A stretch of DNA of 52,031 nt, filler included, from Sphacelaria rigidula (lineage: Eukaryota), in assembly GCA_964200075.2 (NCBI GenBank). It is 4 parts of 4 records of this genome, joined end to end, with 100 filler letters (N's around TTAATTAATTAA, not from the genome) between each part and the next. Parts side by side here need not be neighbours in the genome. Positions count along the whole stretch, not along the records: positions 13,035 to 25,967 come from CAXNAA020003289.1; 3 more parts are not named here. One strand, 5' to 3'. The position numbers and the translations under genes were made by a program. The notes under the pieces are model-generated. The model searched no databases. It was given only the letters and a program-made list of their open reading frames with translations, and had not been told where the DNA came from. Positions 13,353-26,067 of this stretch are shown in pieces. Position 1 is the stretch's first letter. Each line of letters starts with the position of its first letter.

Positions 13353-13387
13353 TAGGGGGGTGTACTCATGATCATGCATGCCACAGT
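13353..13387 (-). mobile_element. 35-bp 5'-truncated copy of the C-tailed retroposon with a 13-bp TSD
   Basis: CACACGCCCTAGG at 13340-13352 and 13388-13400 flanks TAGGGGGGTGTACTCATGATCATGCATGCCACAGT. Confidence 0.7.
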
Positions 13388-15488
13388 CACACGCCCTAGG
13401 GGGTGGGGTACATGGAAGGCAGGAATCAGTAAGAAAGAGGGAGACATTTAGAGCCCGGGAATGAAGGACCCTGCTGTCGGGATTCGAGTCCACAAGATCC
13501 GACGAAACTAGTGTTCTAGGTACAAGTTCAACCTCCGTGGTGCGACGGACGTTTTTCTTCTTGGTCATACTTTCAATAACACCCTCTCAATATCCCCTTC
13601 TTTCCTTGGGACGAGTCCGGTGATAGCAGGAGATCAAAGCATCTATACCCGCCGGACCACTTGCTGTGCAGCGTGTTAGGTCAGCACTGTTGTTGCCCGC
13701 CAACTTTTTGTAGTTGATGTTTTGTTTTTACTCGTGTCCTCAAGCTTCTCACGACGAGAGCCCGTATAATCAGCCATCGCAATGCGGGGAGTCAAACCCA
13801 CCACTACTTCTATTCCGCCCAAACTCGCCCACCATACTGTACCGATTCGACCACCGGGGCGCGGCGGTACAAAGCAACGGCAGAAAAGAGCCGCCGATAC
13901 ATGATAGTTCTTTACACAGGCAATCCACAGCGCATACGATACATTCTGTGAGATGATAGCCCTGTAGACGAAAACAGCTACTACAGGCTTATTATAGGGA
14001 AAAGATGATGCTTCTGAGGGTTGTCCAATCGGCACTTCTGATATAATTCAACCTCGATTCGAGGGTGCTCATCTGTATTTATCCAACGGTAAAATCATGC
14101 GGGAACGGCAAGTCACCGATGCACTCACCACGAAAAGAATCTACACACAATGCATATGTGAAGTTGCTGTCCCAGATCAGAGCTGTGCCACGGCATGAAC
14201 AAGCAAGGTCAATAAATCCTCCAGAATCCCCGAAAAACCTGGCATCACAGACAGTAATCTGTCCTCCCGCTCTTCGAAGCAAAAAAACGCAGGACCAAAC
14301 GCACCTATTACACCATCAAAATATATACATGCACTAGATACAATCAACTCTTCTGGCGTAAAATGCTAACGTAAAATCTTTTAGCCAAATTCTGATCAAA
14401 ATTGGATAATGTAGAAAATACCCGGAAAGCTCACGTGTAGTCTCAGATGGTAACTGAATGGTCCAACTCGTGCTCCTTCAAAGCACGCATTATTCAATTT
14501 TTGCTGTCCCTCGCAGCTGAAGACATCAATTTTCCTCAGACGAGATGGATAAAAACTTATAATACACGAATAAACAGCCTCGACGATGGCCTGCTTGTAC
14601 GGAATCTTCAAGTGACTGCCCGAGTCGCATCTGTCTCATGTAACCCCCATCCCCAAGTTTGCTCGATGCCAGGACCGATATCCGGATTACGTAGACAAGG
14701 ATCAAGGCTGGCCATCGCCAGAAACAGTTTCGCCACGAGTGGACAAGTACGAGCGAAACTTATGAAAAATATACCAGCAAAACCAAGGAGGACACATAGA
14801 TATCATATTATTACTGTACACACATTGTTTGCAGCAGGGCACATGTTTCCCCGCCAAAATCAACACCTGCGTTTTCGCCACGGTTTTCAATAAATGAACG
14901 TTTTAGTAACAAACACGGTGAGAAATGAAACTGTGCTAATAATATGTACACGCACACATACAAATCAAATCTAGCGAAAAGTCTTACTCCCTTCGGCTGA
15001 CTAACATTACCGCCCGGTTTTCTTCCACAACAGAATATGATATCCAGTACGCCGGCGTATATTGTTTTTGCCCAGTTTCACGGTGCTTGTGACTTATCTA
15101 CCCGCGCTACCGTCTGATTGCCTAAAAAAAGGCTGTAAAGCCTTAGGAAAAGGTCTGACGTATTTCGGGGGTTGATCAGAGTCATTGGAACGAACCAAGG
15201 GCAGTGGTTCCGGGAAGGACTACCAAAACTCGGGATCATTTTAGCACGGATACGCCCTCACAGGTCGCTTACTATGCTATGTGGGATTTCATAGCGCTCT
15301 CGCAAAGTTGTCACTGATGGGTATGATGCAAAGAGCTACCAGCCTGTAGACGTTACCCCCGAGCACCGAAAACATGACATTCAAACACCACAAATATCAC
15401 ACCCAAGCACCGAAAAATGGATACATTTTACATCAAACGCTACCATAACTCCCATCTATTCCTCCCTCACCCCTCTGGTTTTTTCACG

Positions 15489-17751
15489 TCACATGAAGTT
15501 GGCCATGCTGTGCGGTCTCCATCTACTGCCTCTGCTTGGCGCGTAGGACTTTACAGCGCCCATGCGGAACGTACAGGAAATGACATCTCCAATGATGCAG
15601 TGCGCCGTCACTCGCTTATCTACCCTTTCGGCATCACCATGATCGACCGTGGCAGAATCGCCCATGATTTCGGAGATTAGCCCCCTACTCCCGGAGCTGT
15701 CGAAAAGAGCCGTTCACAAATTCGATAGTATGGGGGGAAGGGGGGAAGGGCGGGGGAGGGGGGGTTACGCGCGGTGCATGGCTTGGGGTTAGAGCACTGA
15801 CTATATTGCGTGTAAGAGGTGGTGTAAATCGGGCGGGAGGAAATCGGCAAGTATTTATAGAGTACGAAGTAGCTTTTTTGTAGCGATCGGAGAGACACAA
15901 GCACTCAGTATTGTCGGGTTTGGTAGTACTTGTCAGACTGTTTTTTTCCATTACATTAATTTTGTTTACACTCTCTAATCTGCCCCTTTTGTCCGTCTCT
16001 GTTATCACTGTTGGATGACTTTTCTTCACGAGTTTCCTTCATGAATTTCAATCATGATGCCTGTTTTCCGTTTATTTTCGTCGGGTACGTACGCTTGTCT
16101 CGTGACCAACCATGACTGAATTCGCGACAGACCAATCAATGTTAATGATGTTAATGATGTTGATGACGTCGATGGTGTTAATGTTCATGTGCGACAATCA
16201 ATCAATTATTCAAAATCAAACCTGTCATACAGATCGCTTGTCGTAAAGCCTTTCGTAAGGGGTGCTTTTCTTCCATTTAACTTCAAGTTGGTTGCGTTCA
16301 TGTCGAGATCGTGACTAAATAGGCAGGCAATTGATGTGCACCGGAAGACAAAAGGATACATCAAGCACTACTTTGGTCGGCAAGGAATTCTATGAGGGTT
16401 TTGGATCCCGACAGTGAGTCAAACAAGAGTCAAGCAAGTAGAGTTATGTCTCTTTGTGTCGTTCAAAACTGTCCGAGCCAGGATTGGCGCAAAAAGTGCG
16501 GTATAATCGAGGGAAAAAGAGGAAGGCTCAGCCACTTTGGGTGGGTGGGTGGGTGGGCGGGGGGTGATAAATGATTTCAATTAGTCCCAACGTGCAGAAC
16601 TGGCGCCGAGGCAGTCAATCCAACAGCCAAGGCAACGTCCAGATGTACTCAGCGGATGAGTACACTGTTGATCCACTTTCACTCGGTGTGGCGAAGGCTC
16701 AATTGAGAAAATGGAGAATGGCTAGTATGTTTACGGCTTGATAAACGTACGTACCTGAAGATGCCGCCATAAGTTTTGCTTTGTGCACGTTTTGACCACA
16801 GACAATGATCATTTGTGAGACGGTCCATTCGGGAGTGGGCGTTCCGAACAGGTGCCGAGTCTGCTAAGACCAATGAATGCTCTTCAAAATTCTCAATGGC
16901 CGCCGAGAAAGTAATCTCAAAGACGAAAATACGAAGGGAGGTCACAAATATGCAGCAATTTCCTGGGAATTTCGTGAGACAAACGTAAAAGTTGACTATT
17001 TATCGTCTCCTTCGGTACACATTTGAACAGCTCGGCTCTTTCGACAAACTGGATCCTTCAGCACGAGACACTGAAGTACATACCGAAGTTCAATAGCAGC
17101 ATAAGGGCGACGCTGAGCACAACCAACACTGCTCCGCAGGGGTTGGAACGCAAGCCGCTCTCATGACCCGGACAGGGCAAGTTCACACCTGAAGTCGCTT
17201 TCACGGGAAAAACAAGCTGGCAAGTATGAGTAGCAAAATTCAACCGGGGTCCATCTTACCACTCGCCTAGGTGGGAAAGGCAAACAAAGAGTCAAACTCG
17301 TTGATTCGGTGATGGCCAGGTGATACCTTTTCCTCCTTTCGATTTTTCCTGTCCCAAGCCTGACCCGGAAATTACTCAACGACCCTGCTCACGAAAGAGG
17401 AAGATGCCCCCCCCCCCCTCTCCTCCCCCCAGAAACCCATTCTCCATTCCGTATCCTTCCTTCTATTGTTTCAGGGCTCTTACGTGTGTAGATGTAGACG
17501 GGGAAGAGATGCCGGGTTAAAAATGTGTCCACCACAGAGCACGTAGGGTGTGGTCACGCTTCCCCTGGAGCTGGTTTTGGTAGCCGTGTTGGTCCAAGGT
17601 TCAACAACATCCCGCCGGAACGTAAACCAATCTGGATTTGGGGGCCGGGAAGGGGGGGTTGACAGTTGACATGATCTAGCTGAGAGTGTGATGAAGTCAG
17701 AATCTCCTGGGGATCGATAATGCGGGGATGTTCATTCAGTACAGTACAGTA

Positions 17752-17814
<63 letters not shown>

Positions 17815-20800
17815 CACAACAACAACTACTACTACTACTATTACGACTGCGATCACGTCTACGACCACGCCCACGACCACGCCCACGACCACGCCCACGA
17901 GTGCGACTGTGACTATTCTGATGATGAAAATAAGGTCTTTTCTACGAATCAGTTTGCGTGTTACCCTATCATGTATACTCACGGTCAGAGTAACGCTAAT
18001 TCCCTGCGTCCATGTGCATATGCAAACTATGAGGCGACTGATCACACGGATAATGACCTGCATTCCTCTTGCTCGACTGCGAGTCAACACTCTCAAGACG
18101 CCGAGCGACCGCAGAGATGTCAAAGAGGAGGATGACGACCCCCATTGCCACAGCCCCGCCGAGAGAATGGCCGGTCACTTGAAACTTGAGCCTGAGTCGT
18201 TCACGATAGGGAGTGCGGAGCGGGAGGTGGGTTTGAAGGAGGCGCGTACTCAAGATCTTGCATGCTGTAGTCATATGACCATTGATCTCGCATCCCTACG
18301 AAGCCGGGACAGAGCACGCCGGGTTTTCGCCAGACCAGGCTCGCAATTGATCACCAAGCGCGAAGCGCCGTGATGTGTGTGGCGAGCCGCATGAAGGGTG
18401 AGCTGTATCCCGCTAAGACCGTCCGACCCGAAGAGTACTGATCATCTTGTATTTGGATGAAAACTTCCAATGAGTTCCTTCATTTTCTGGTATCGCCACT
18501 TCCAGAGACAGCCATAGGTTCCACACTGCCCCAGGGTGTTTCCCCCTTTGAACACTGCACAGTAGGATCATCCACTTTGGTCGAAATGGAGGTTCTTCCA
18601 CCCCGCACAATATGATCTAGCTCGACCACGATCATGGCTACCGCAAAAAATACTCAAGCGCGCGAAAAAAACGGTAATCTGGTTGCCTAGCTTACGCAAT
18701 GCGTGAAGTGTTTTTCAGCGTCGTTGCCAATGATGACAAATACATGTAGTTCGAGTGGTTCGACAGCGGAAGAGGGATAGGGATACCAGTTTCCCGGGCG
18801 GGCTTGAGGGATGAGGTTGACGTTGAAAATGTGCCGGACGGATCATGACTACAAGGGACACTGCTCATACATGTCAATTTCGCTCGTTCCCTGATTGATC
18901 GATTGATTGATTGGTTGTCGCGCTTTAACTGACCCCCCAGGGGTCCAGCCGTGGTCTCATGATAGACGTACTCAAGAGAAACGAAACTGGAACACGCTCT
19001 GAAGAAAAAAAGGAACAGAAAAAAAAGTCGAACAGAACGACATAGCATACCAAGTTGTAACAAAAACAGTAATAGAAAGTCAACACAAGCGAAGCACAGG
19101 AAGAAATGGCCGACCTAAAACCCTGTACGGTGAATCAGGTAAAATTAAGTTATCAGAGGGCTGTGCAGTTCAAGCAATATTCATGGACAATAATATCTGG
19201 GGCAGCATCCCTGGGTTGTTGCTGGACACGCTTACAAGTTGCCCATGTTCCATGTTGCCCCCCGTCCCCCGTGCGCCCGTGTTCCGTATTGAAAGGGATG
19301 TGTGATCAATCATCAAATGACTAAGGCAAGCAACAAAGGGCAACTCTTCCCCCCCGTCGTCCCCCTTGATACTGGAGGTAATGGGGCATTATCCCCGGGT
19401 GCTACACTCCCGAGATATGTTGTGTTGTCGCCCCATCTATTCTGGACGCCGGTCTACACCTTCCGGCAAAATATGTGAGCGCATCAGCCGGGGTCACACA
19501 CACGCAGGAACGTCAACACATGAATATTTTATATTCTTTCTTCCTTTTTAGTACCCCATCTTTCTTCTGCTGTGCTTGTCTTTATTTTTATCTCGAGAGG
19601 AGTTCAGCAATCCCTTTCCTTCGTCGACCACGAAGTCGACTTTTGTGTACCCACGATATAGTCGCTCTCCACTATTGAACATGGTGTGAGAAAAAATCCC
19701 AGACTGCTCCGAGAATTGAACCCACGACCCAACCGTCAGAAGGTTTCGAGATCACCAACTGAGCCACCGGGGTGACCGGCATTGATATGCGAGAAATATT
19801 TCATTGTTTGCCACATCTCCTCTCGACGACAATCCATCTCACCTGGGTTTGTTATTATGCCACATACGCTTTTTCTTGTTGTGCCGTGCCGACAAGAACA
19901 ACATCACTCTGGCGGCCCATACCGCTGCAGCCATCGTGTACTTATGCTCGCCACCGAAGCCGCTCAGCATGAGATCCGCATTATGGCGCAGGTCTTCCCT
20001 GCCAGCAGGAGTCGTTCAACGATGGGGTTGAAGAGGGCGCGTTGGGGTGATTGGCATTCAAGCATTTGCCTGTACAAAGGCGAGTGGCAGTCGCAGTACT
20101 GTGGTGTAGCACACTAACAAGATTGCAATGGTTGTGTCGTGGCGTTTATGACGGTCTCAGTGGGTTTTCGAGTTGGTACCAGCTGGGCCAGCCAAGGGTT
20201 TTCGGTGATGGTCGAACCGTTGTGCCCTGCTTGATTCCAGGAGTTAGGAGATGAAGTTATGACAAAAAAATCATATCATCAATGCGCGAAAAGTAAGGGA
20301 AGTTCCCGAAAAACTGTTAATAATAAACGAAAAAACAGATGGAATAATTTGAAACTTCTAAACAAAAAATGCAAAACTCTTTGAAAAAAACAAGACGGCT
20401 GTGAGAATTTTGATGCAAATTTTCAACTTGTGTGTTGAAGAACCCTGTGAAATTTTGGCTCAAAGCTCCTGAAATTGGGCAAGACCTTCCACGTTTTGTG
20501 GGACACTACTCCAGTCTGTCTGATCTATCTGGTGTAAAAGACTTTCACAAGGGCGAAATGCCATGGGTTGAATTTTGCCAGACCCGTTTTTTCGGAAATC
20601 TGTCGTTGAGGTAGTGTGTTATGCCGTGCGTTTTTTTTCAAGACAGAGGGTGCATGAGCAGGTTGGTCTACACTTCACAGTGATATACTTTGATCCGGCC
20701 AAGTCATTGAACTCGGAGAGTTATCGTGTGCCGAAGGAATGCGGTATCTTGGATGGCTCACCTCGTATTAGAAAAACTGTATATTGGTACAGAGTTTATG

Positions 20801-21132
20801 AGGTCCTGACAGTAGTTCAATAGTGGAAAAACGGATGCTACCATTCAAAACCGCACAATTGATGAAGTATTTCTTATAAAACTAGACACCCGAATGTACC
20901 TGCCCCCACCATGCGCTTTCCAAACCCAGGCGCGATATGTGTGCTCCTATCTGTCCACCTACCTGTCCGCAGTTCCTCGGAAGGCGAGAACATGGTCTAG
21001 GTCATTGGGGGCACGGTAAACCGCCCAACGGGTGTCATTCAGCGGAACAGTCGCGCCGTCCAGTGTCATCACGTCTTGCAGTAGAGTGTAGCCGCGGAGG
21101 AATGAGGTCCGATGACTCGCTGGCTCGTACAC
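15489..21132 (-). CDS. Class-3 lipase-like alpha/beta hydrolase; spliced, 5' part unresolved
   Basis: Phase-consistent exons: 21132-20963 (VYEP...HVLAFRGTADR), 19998-19843 (EDLRHNADL...), 18848-18744 or 18696 (less certain), 18191-18058 (LKFQVTGHSLGGAVA), 17706-17484 (...LCGGHIFNPA), 17266-17189 (less certain), 15696-15489 (RVTAHCIIGDVISC...RPHSMANFM*). Contains the FRGT oxyanion/lid motif, GHSLG nucleophile elbow, candidate catalytic Asp (GD) and His (HS). Confidence 0.85.
17753..17900. repeat. (ACT)n microsatellite followed by (ACGACCACGCCC)n, intronic
   Basis: Directly visible. It lies between lipase exons 18058 and 17706. Confidence 0.95.
18245..18735 (-). mobile_element. Roughly 490-bp C-tailed retroposon copy filling most of a lipase intron
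   Basis: Colinear with 21188-21720 and 29862-30122 (e.g. TCTGGTATCGCCACTTC(C/A)AGAGACAGCC). Confidence 0.8.
18893..19050 (-). mobile_element. (AATC)n-tailed retroposon fragment
   Basis: Matches 12467-12625 and the reverse complement of 385-547. Confidence 0.75.
19418..19780 (-). mobile_element. tRNA-derived SINE, about 360 bp, CA-rich tail
   Basis: Reverse complement of 27311-27674. A box TGGCTCAGTTGG, B box GGTTCAATTCT. Confidence 0.85.
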
Positions 21133-21187
21133 CTGAATCAATGGTCCAACCACAGATAAAAGGTGGGGCGGTGGCGGCGGTGGAGGG

Positions 21188-21720
21188 TGCACTCATGATC
21201 TTGCATGCCGTAGTTACTGTATATGACCATTGACCTCGCATCCCTACAAAGGCGGGACGGAGCACGCCGGGCTCTCGCTGGACCGGGCTCGCAATCAATC
21301 ACCAATCACCAATCACCAATCACCAATCACCAATCACCAAGCACGAAGCGCCGTGGTGTGTTCGGCGAGTCGCATGAAGGATGATCTGCATCCTGCTAAG
21401 ATTGTTCGGCCCGAAGCGTACTGGTTATCTTGCATTTGGGTGACATTCTACAATGAGTTGCTTCATTTTCTGGTATCGCCACTTCCAGAGACAGCCGCGG
21501 CTTACGCACTGCCTCATAGGTGTCTCACCATTTGAACACGATGTAGCATGATCATCCCCTTTACGCGGAATTTACGTTTTTCCACCCCGCACAATACGAT
21601 CTATTGTAGGTTGACCAGCATCATGGTTGCCGCAAAAGACAAACGCAAGCGCGAAAAAACGGTCACCTGGTCGCCTAGCTTACACAGTGAATAGCATGTT
21701 TTACAGCGTTGTTGTCAACC
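21188..21720 (-). mobile_element. C-tailed retroposon copy with an internal (AATCACC)n expansion
   Basis: Colinear with 18245-18735. Heptamer repeats at about 21297-21340. Confidence 0.8.
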
Positions 21721-22734
21721 GACGCAAACCCCATGGGGAGGTAAGGGGGGGAGCAGAGGAGGGGAAAACCCGGGCATTCCGCTTGAATTTCTCGTCGTAC
21801 GATAGCAGATTGAAAAAATGCTAATATTGAACGATCGCTTAGGCGTGGCAGAATTGTCAGAAAATATGCAACTATCGTCTGCTGATTTGATCTAGCCTTG
21901 GCAGCTCAAAGTAATACGCAACCGTGGACAATGCTCCATGAACCCCAGTATTGCTGGACAAGGTCCCAGCCAGTCCTTTCTACAGCATGGTAGAACAAAA
22001 ATGTACGAGGGCATGGTGAAGGAGTATGGTCTTTGCTACCCGGGCCGTAGGACGTTGTTGTTTCCCATGCCCTGCCCCCTCTCCGCCTCTGAACGCGATC
22101 CTTAATCCCAGTCTCCCGACTCACCCGTTTTTTGCTTTTGCCTTCCGGTCTCCGAGAACCAATGTTGCCAACAAAACTCGGTTTCTCAAGGCAGTTTTAC
22201 TGACCGGAGCTCGGCCGTCACCCCTAGTGAGTACTTCATGGAAGTGGTCACGTGTCACCCCCCCCTCTTGTTGAAGCTTGTACTTGACATCTAAGGGCCG
22301 TTGTTCTACACGGTCAGATGTGCCTTTTCAACGTCTCATCGGCATTTTCCATCTTCCGCTCGAAAACATGGAAAACAACAGTTTCGGTATACACATGCTT
22401 GGTCCACGTGCTAAATTTCACGGTCTTCCCCTATAGCGCGACCCTAATTCGAGATATGAAGGTCCATCTGGGATAGAGTCGTGCTACGGTAGGGGTGTAC
22501 GTTTTTGACCAAAAATTGTCGGAGGTATTTTAACCTTGTAAAAACAAAACAGTGACATATATATATATATATATTCACACTTTGTGATTCTTGCCTGCGA
22601 GAGGATCGCCTCACCTTCAGATGCGACTTTGTCCTAAATGCAGCACTGTAGTAATGATGCGAGTGCGCGAGAGTCTCCATCTAACTCCACTCTGCCGGTC
22701 CAAGAAATTTTCGTGCAATTTTAACTTAGCACGA

Positions 22735-23085
22735 CTCGACATCTATCTGGGATATCAGATCCATCAGGGATATCATACCTATCTGAGATATTCACCTGGG
22801 ATATCAGTCTGGGATACAGACTTCCCTGTGAATGTGGACGTCCATCTCGGGTATGAACGTCATCTGGGATATGGACATTGATCTGGGATATCCCAGGTAG
22901 ATATCTCAGATAGATAGCCCAGATGGTACGACGTAATCCTAAACGCACATCCCAGATTGATATCCACATCTTAGATGGACGTCCATATCGCAGATGAATA
23001 TCCCAGAGGAAAATACACATCTTTGATAAGTATTCCAGACGAATCTGATATTCGAGATGGATGTCCCACATAGATGTCCCAGATT
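22735..23085. repeat. Foldback array of degenerate ATCTGGGATAT units
   Basis: Units switch orientation at the palindrome CTGGGATATCCCAG (about 22883-22896). Related sequence occurs at about 23655-23705. Confidence 0.7.
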
Positions 23086-24512
23086 GATCGATTCATGTGA
23101 TTGATTGATTTGATTGTCGTACGTTAACTCATCCCCAAGGGGCCTAGTCGTGGTCACTTAAGCCCTACCCAACGTGAAGAAAACCGAAACGCCGGCTAAA
23201 AAAATGAGAAAAAAAAGTGAACAAACGGAGTGACTTGAAAAACAAAACACAAAACCCGAGCAGGAAAGGGAAAAGGAGAGGAAAATTATCTGAGAAGGGC
23301 CCGAAGAACAAAAAATAAGTAAATTAATTGTACTACAAATGACCGGCTTCTACAGCACGGCTTCAGGTGAAAAAACACGTGTGCAAAACAAAACACACAC
23401 CCATACACCAACACCCGTACACCGAACGGAAACAACAATTCTGTTGGAGTACGTTGCAGCTCAGCGATTCAGGTCAAACTTGTTGGGCGTGAGCTCTTGC
23501 CTATGAGCCCTGCGGACGCAAGGCACCAAGCTGCTCCTGTATAGCACTGAGAGGAAATAATAACAGTTGGAGGTATAGGTATAGGTATAGGTAGAGGTAG
23601 AGGTAGAGAGAGAGAGAGAGAGACTCTCATAATCAAATCTAGTCCTGTCCAAAGCAGGTAGACGTCCATATCACAGACGGATGTCCATGTTGGATATCCC
23701 GGATGAGGTTGCACGATAATTCAAGGCTCCCCACATTCCACGTCCCATCTCATTGTGTCATAGCAACAGCGCAAGCCCCGAGATCATGCTTACCCACAAG
23801 ATCACTAAAATCATATCTACAGTGCAGTGCAGTCGTGGCGAATGCAATATCTGGGTGGCTTGTGGGTCGAAACTGCATCAGTCAAGTAGCAGCGCCGATT
23901 TTTCCTGGTGCCCTTTTTTTGAATCGGAAATGGAAACTTGCACCGCGGTGGAGAACGAGTTGCCCAATTTTCTGGGGAAAAGCACAGGCGCAAATATGTG
24001 TGTGCGTGAAAAACGTGCAAAAAAACAATGGAAAATTTCACCATAGTTTCCAATGGTAATGGTAAGAGAGAAACGGCCGCAGCTTGGAACACGTATAGTA
24101 CAATCACACTTGCTGATTATTCAGCACTTAGCTACCCTGAGTTTCCCCAAGACACCCGTACATCGCAACCCGAAGAGACACGAAGTAGCAGCTGGTGTCA
24201 ACTACCCTTGTGACATGCAGGCTGAGCCATTTAAACAGGCGAATATCTCCACCCTGGTATTATCAGGACGGGACGTAAGTGGTCAAGGAGGGTACGGAGG
24301 CTGGTAACTATGAGTAACGCCCGTCCCCCCGTCCCCACAAGCACAGGCACACAGACACGTACTCACACATAGACCGTTGGAGGACTCCCCTAGTTGCTAA
24401 AACCGAAGAAGTACAAATATCAAATCTTCGTGATGGTGAGATTTTTTGTTTTTGTTTGCCGATTCATGAGAAAAAAACAATCGTCAAATTTTCAAGGTAA
24501 AGTCACAATCTT

Positions 24513-24920
24513 GTTCAAAACGGCCTTTTCCATCCTTCCCCGACGGTTTACGCCCGTGAAGAGGGCTGAACGAATGATGACACCTTGGAATGACTTGCTC
24601 TGCTCGTTGAGACCGTCCCAGGACACGTTCCCGTTCTCCGGTGGCCGCACTTCTGTTTTGGACAAACTTGCATTTTCAGCAACAAACCGTCAATTTATAA
24701 AAGAAAGGGGGAGAAGTGCCATTCTTTTCTATAACTAGACCGTTTGTTGCTGAAAATGCAATAAGCCTTGGCAGAAAAAGAAAGTGCCGCGACCGGGAAA
24801 CGCAAAGGTGTCCTGGAGCGGTCTCGACGAATAGAGCAAGTCATTCCAAGGTGTCACATTCGCCTAGCCCTCTTTTCTGGCGTAAAACGGCGAAGGAGGG
24901 CCACGGAGGCAGTTTTCAAC
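24513..24920. mobile_element. Roughly 400-bp palindromic foldback element
   Basis: Inverted arms around about 24712: GACACCTTGGAATGACTTGCTCT / AGAGCAAGTCATTCCAAGGTGTC and TTGCATTTTCAGCAACAAAC / GTTTGTTGCTGAAAATGCAA. Confidence 0.8.
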
Positions 24921-25116
24921 CGTTGACCTCCCCCCCCCCCCATATTACGTGGTCTCAGATCAGTTCTTACGATTGGTATTTTTTGGGGAGCGCGTCTCCC
25001 AATTTCGGGACAGTTGACACGGTTTCTGGTCCCCCAAAAGGGAATGTCGCCGTCACACTTCAGAGACACTGTGGATCACCCTGCCGACAGGAGTCTAGCC
25101 CATTCCTTTCATTTAC

Positions 25117-25320
25117 TTGGCTCCGCAGTTTCGAGAATGACCTTTGAGCAAAAATATAGCTAGACAAAAGACTGCGGTGTCTGGAGGTTTCCCCACTACA
25201 AAACCTGCAGACACTGCATTATTCTTGTCTAGCCGTATTTTTGTTCGGAGACCATTGTCGAAAACTTGGACCCAAGCAGATCGGAGGAGTGGGCTAAGCT
25301 CCTCTTCTCGGGGATATTCC
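25117..25320 (-). CDS. Candidate isolated exon, possibly a 5' exon of the lipase gene
   Basis: CAG acceptor, GTAAAT donor, 204 nt open (EYPREEELSPLLRSAWVQVFDNGLRTKIRL...). It could not be linked to the downstream exons. Confidence 0.25.
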
Positions 25321-25897
25321 CTGTTTGAGGTGAAAAACCACGTGAAATGTCCCAAATGCGGATAAACACCCCGCAAAAATACCAACCGTAAGAGATGATG
25401 TTAAAAACGCAAAAAAAGAATAACTCATTCGACGAAAAATACACGCTTGTTCAGGGAGGGCGATTCCCCCCCCCGCCGCGCGTTGATGATGGACTCATCG
25501 TCATGTTCATGATTTTTTCTTTTCCACTCGTGTCCTCCGCCTGATGCCCCCTGCCTCCGATCACCTTCGTCGCCTCACCCGTAATACCCGTACTTAGCAC
25601 CTGTACATATCCATCTATCTATCTATTGCTATCCCAATATGTCTGGCTTGTCTGGCTCAGCATGTCAATGTTTATAGTTGCGTCCACGCCTCTGCCATGT
25701 CTATCATCATGTGTACGCACATCCACGTGCTTATACATGTCAATGTCCATATCAATGGCCATGTGTATGTCTGCACCTATCAATGTCATGATTTACTTTC
25801 CAAGACTCACTTCTAAGACTCACATAGTCCTAGCTCACCTTCATCGCCACCTTCCTGTTCACATGTATGCCTTGCGGTACCCATGTCCATATCTTAA

Positions 25898-25967
25898 CCC
25901 TTAGACGACGAGCGTCGCCTCGGAACAGTTGTACAGGCGGACAGTCCCGAGGCATCCAGGGGTTTCC
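25898..25967. mobile_element. Left end of a piggyBac-like element at the contig end
   Basis: TTAA|CCCTTAGAC, similar to the terminus at 12732. Confidence 0.5.
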
Positions 25968-26067
25968 NNNNNNNNNNNNNNNNNNNNNNNNNNNNNNNNN
26001 NNNNNNNNNNNTTAATTAATTAANNNNNNNNNNNNNNNNNNNNNNNNNNNNNNNNNNNNNNNNNNNN
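25968..26067. other. Artificial contig linker
   Basis: Same 100-nt linker. Confidence 0.98.

Noticed and set aside
17554..18373. Poly-Val, poly-Thr and poly-Tyr ORFs
   Set aside because: Read-through of an intronic (ACT)n microsatellite.
23455..23540. Exon candidate for the lipase or metacaspase
   Set aside because: Stops in all three frames before a usable donor, and it is on a different contig from the metacaspase.
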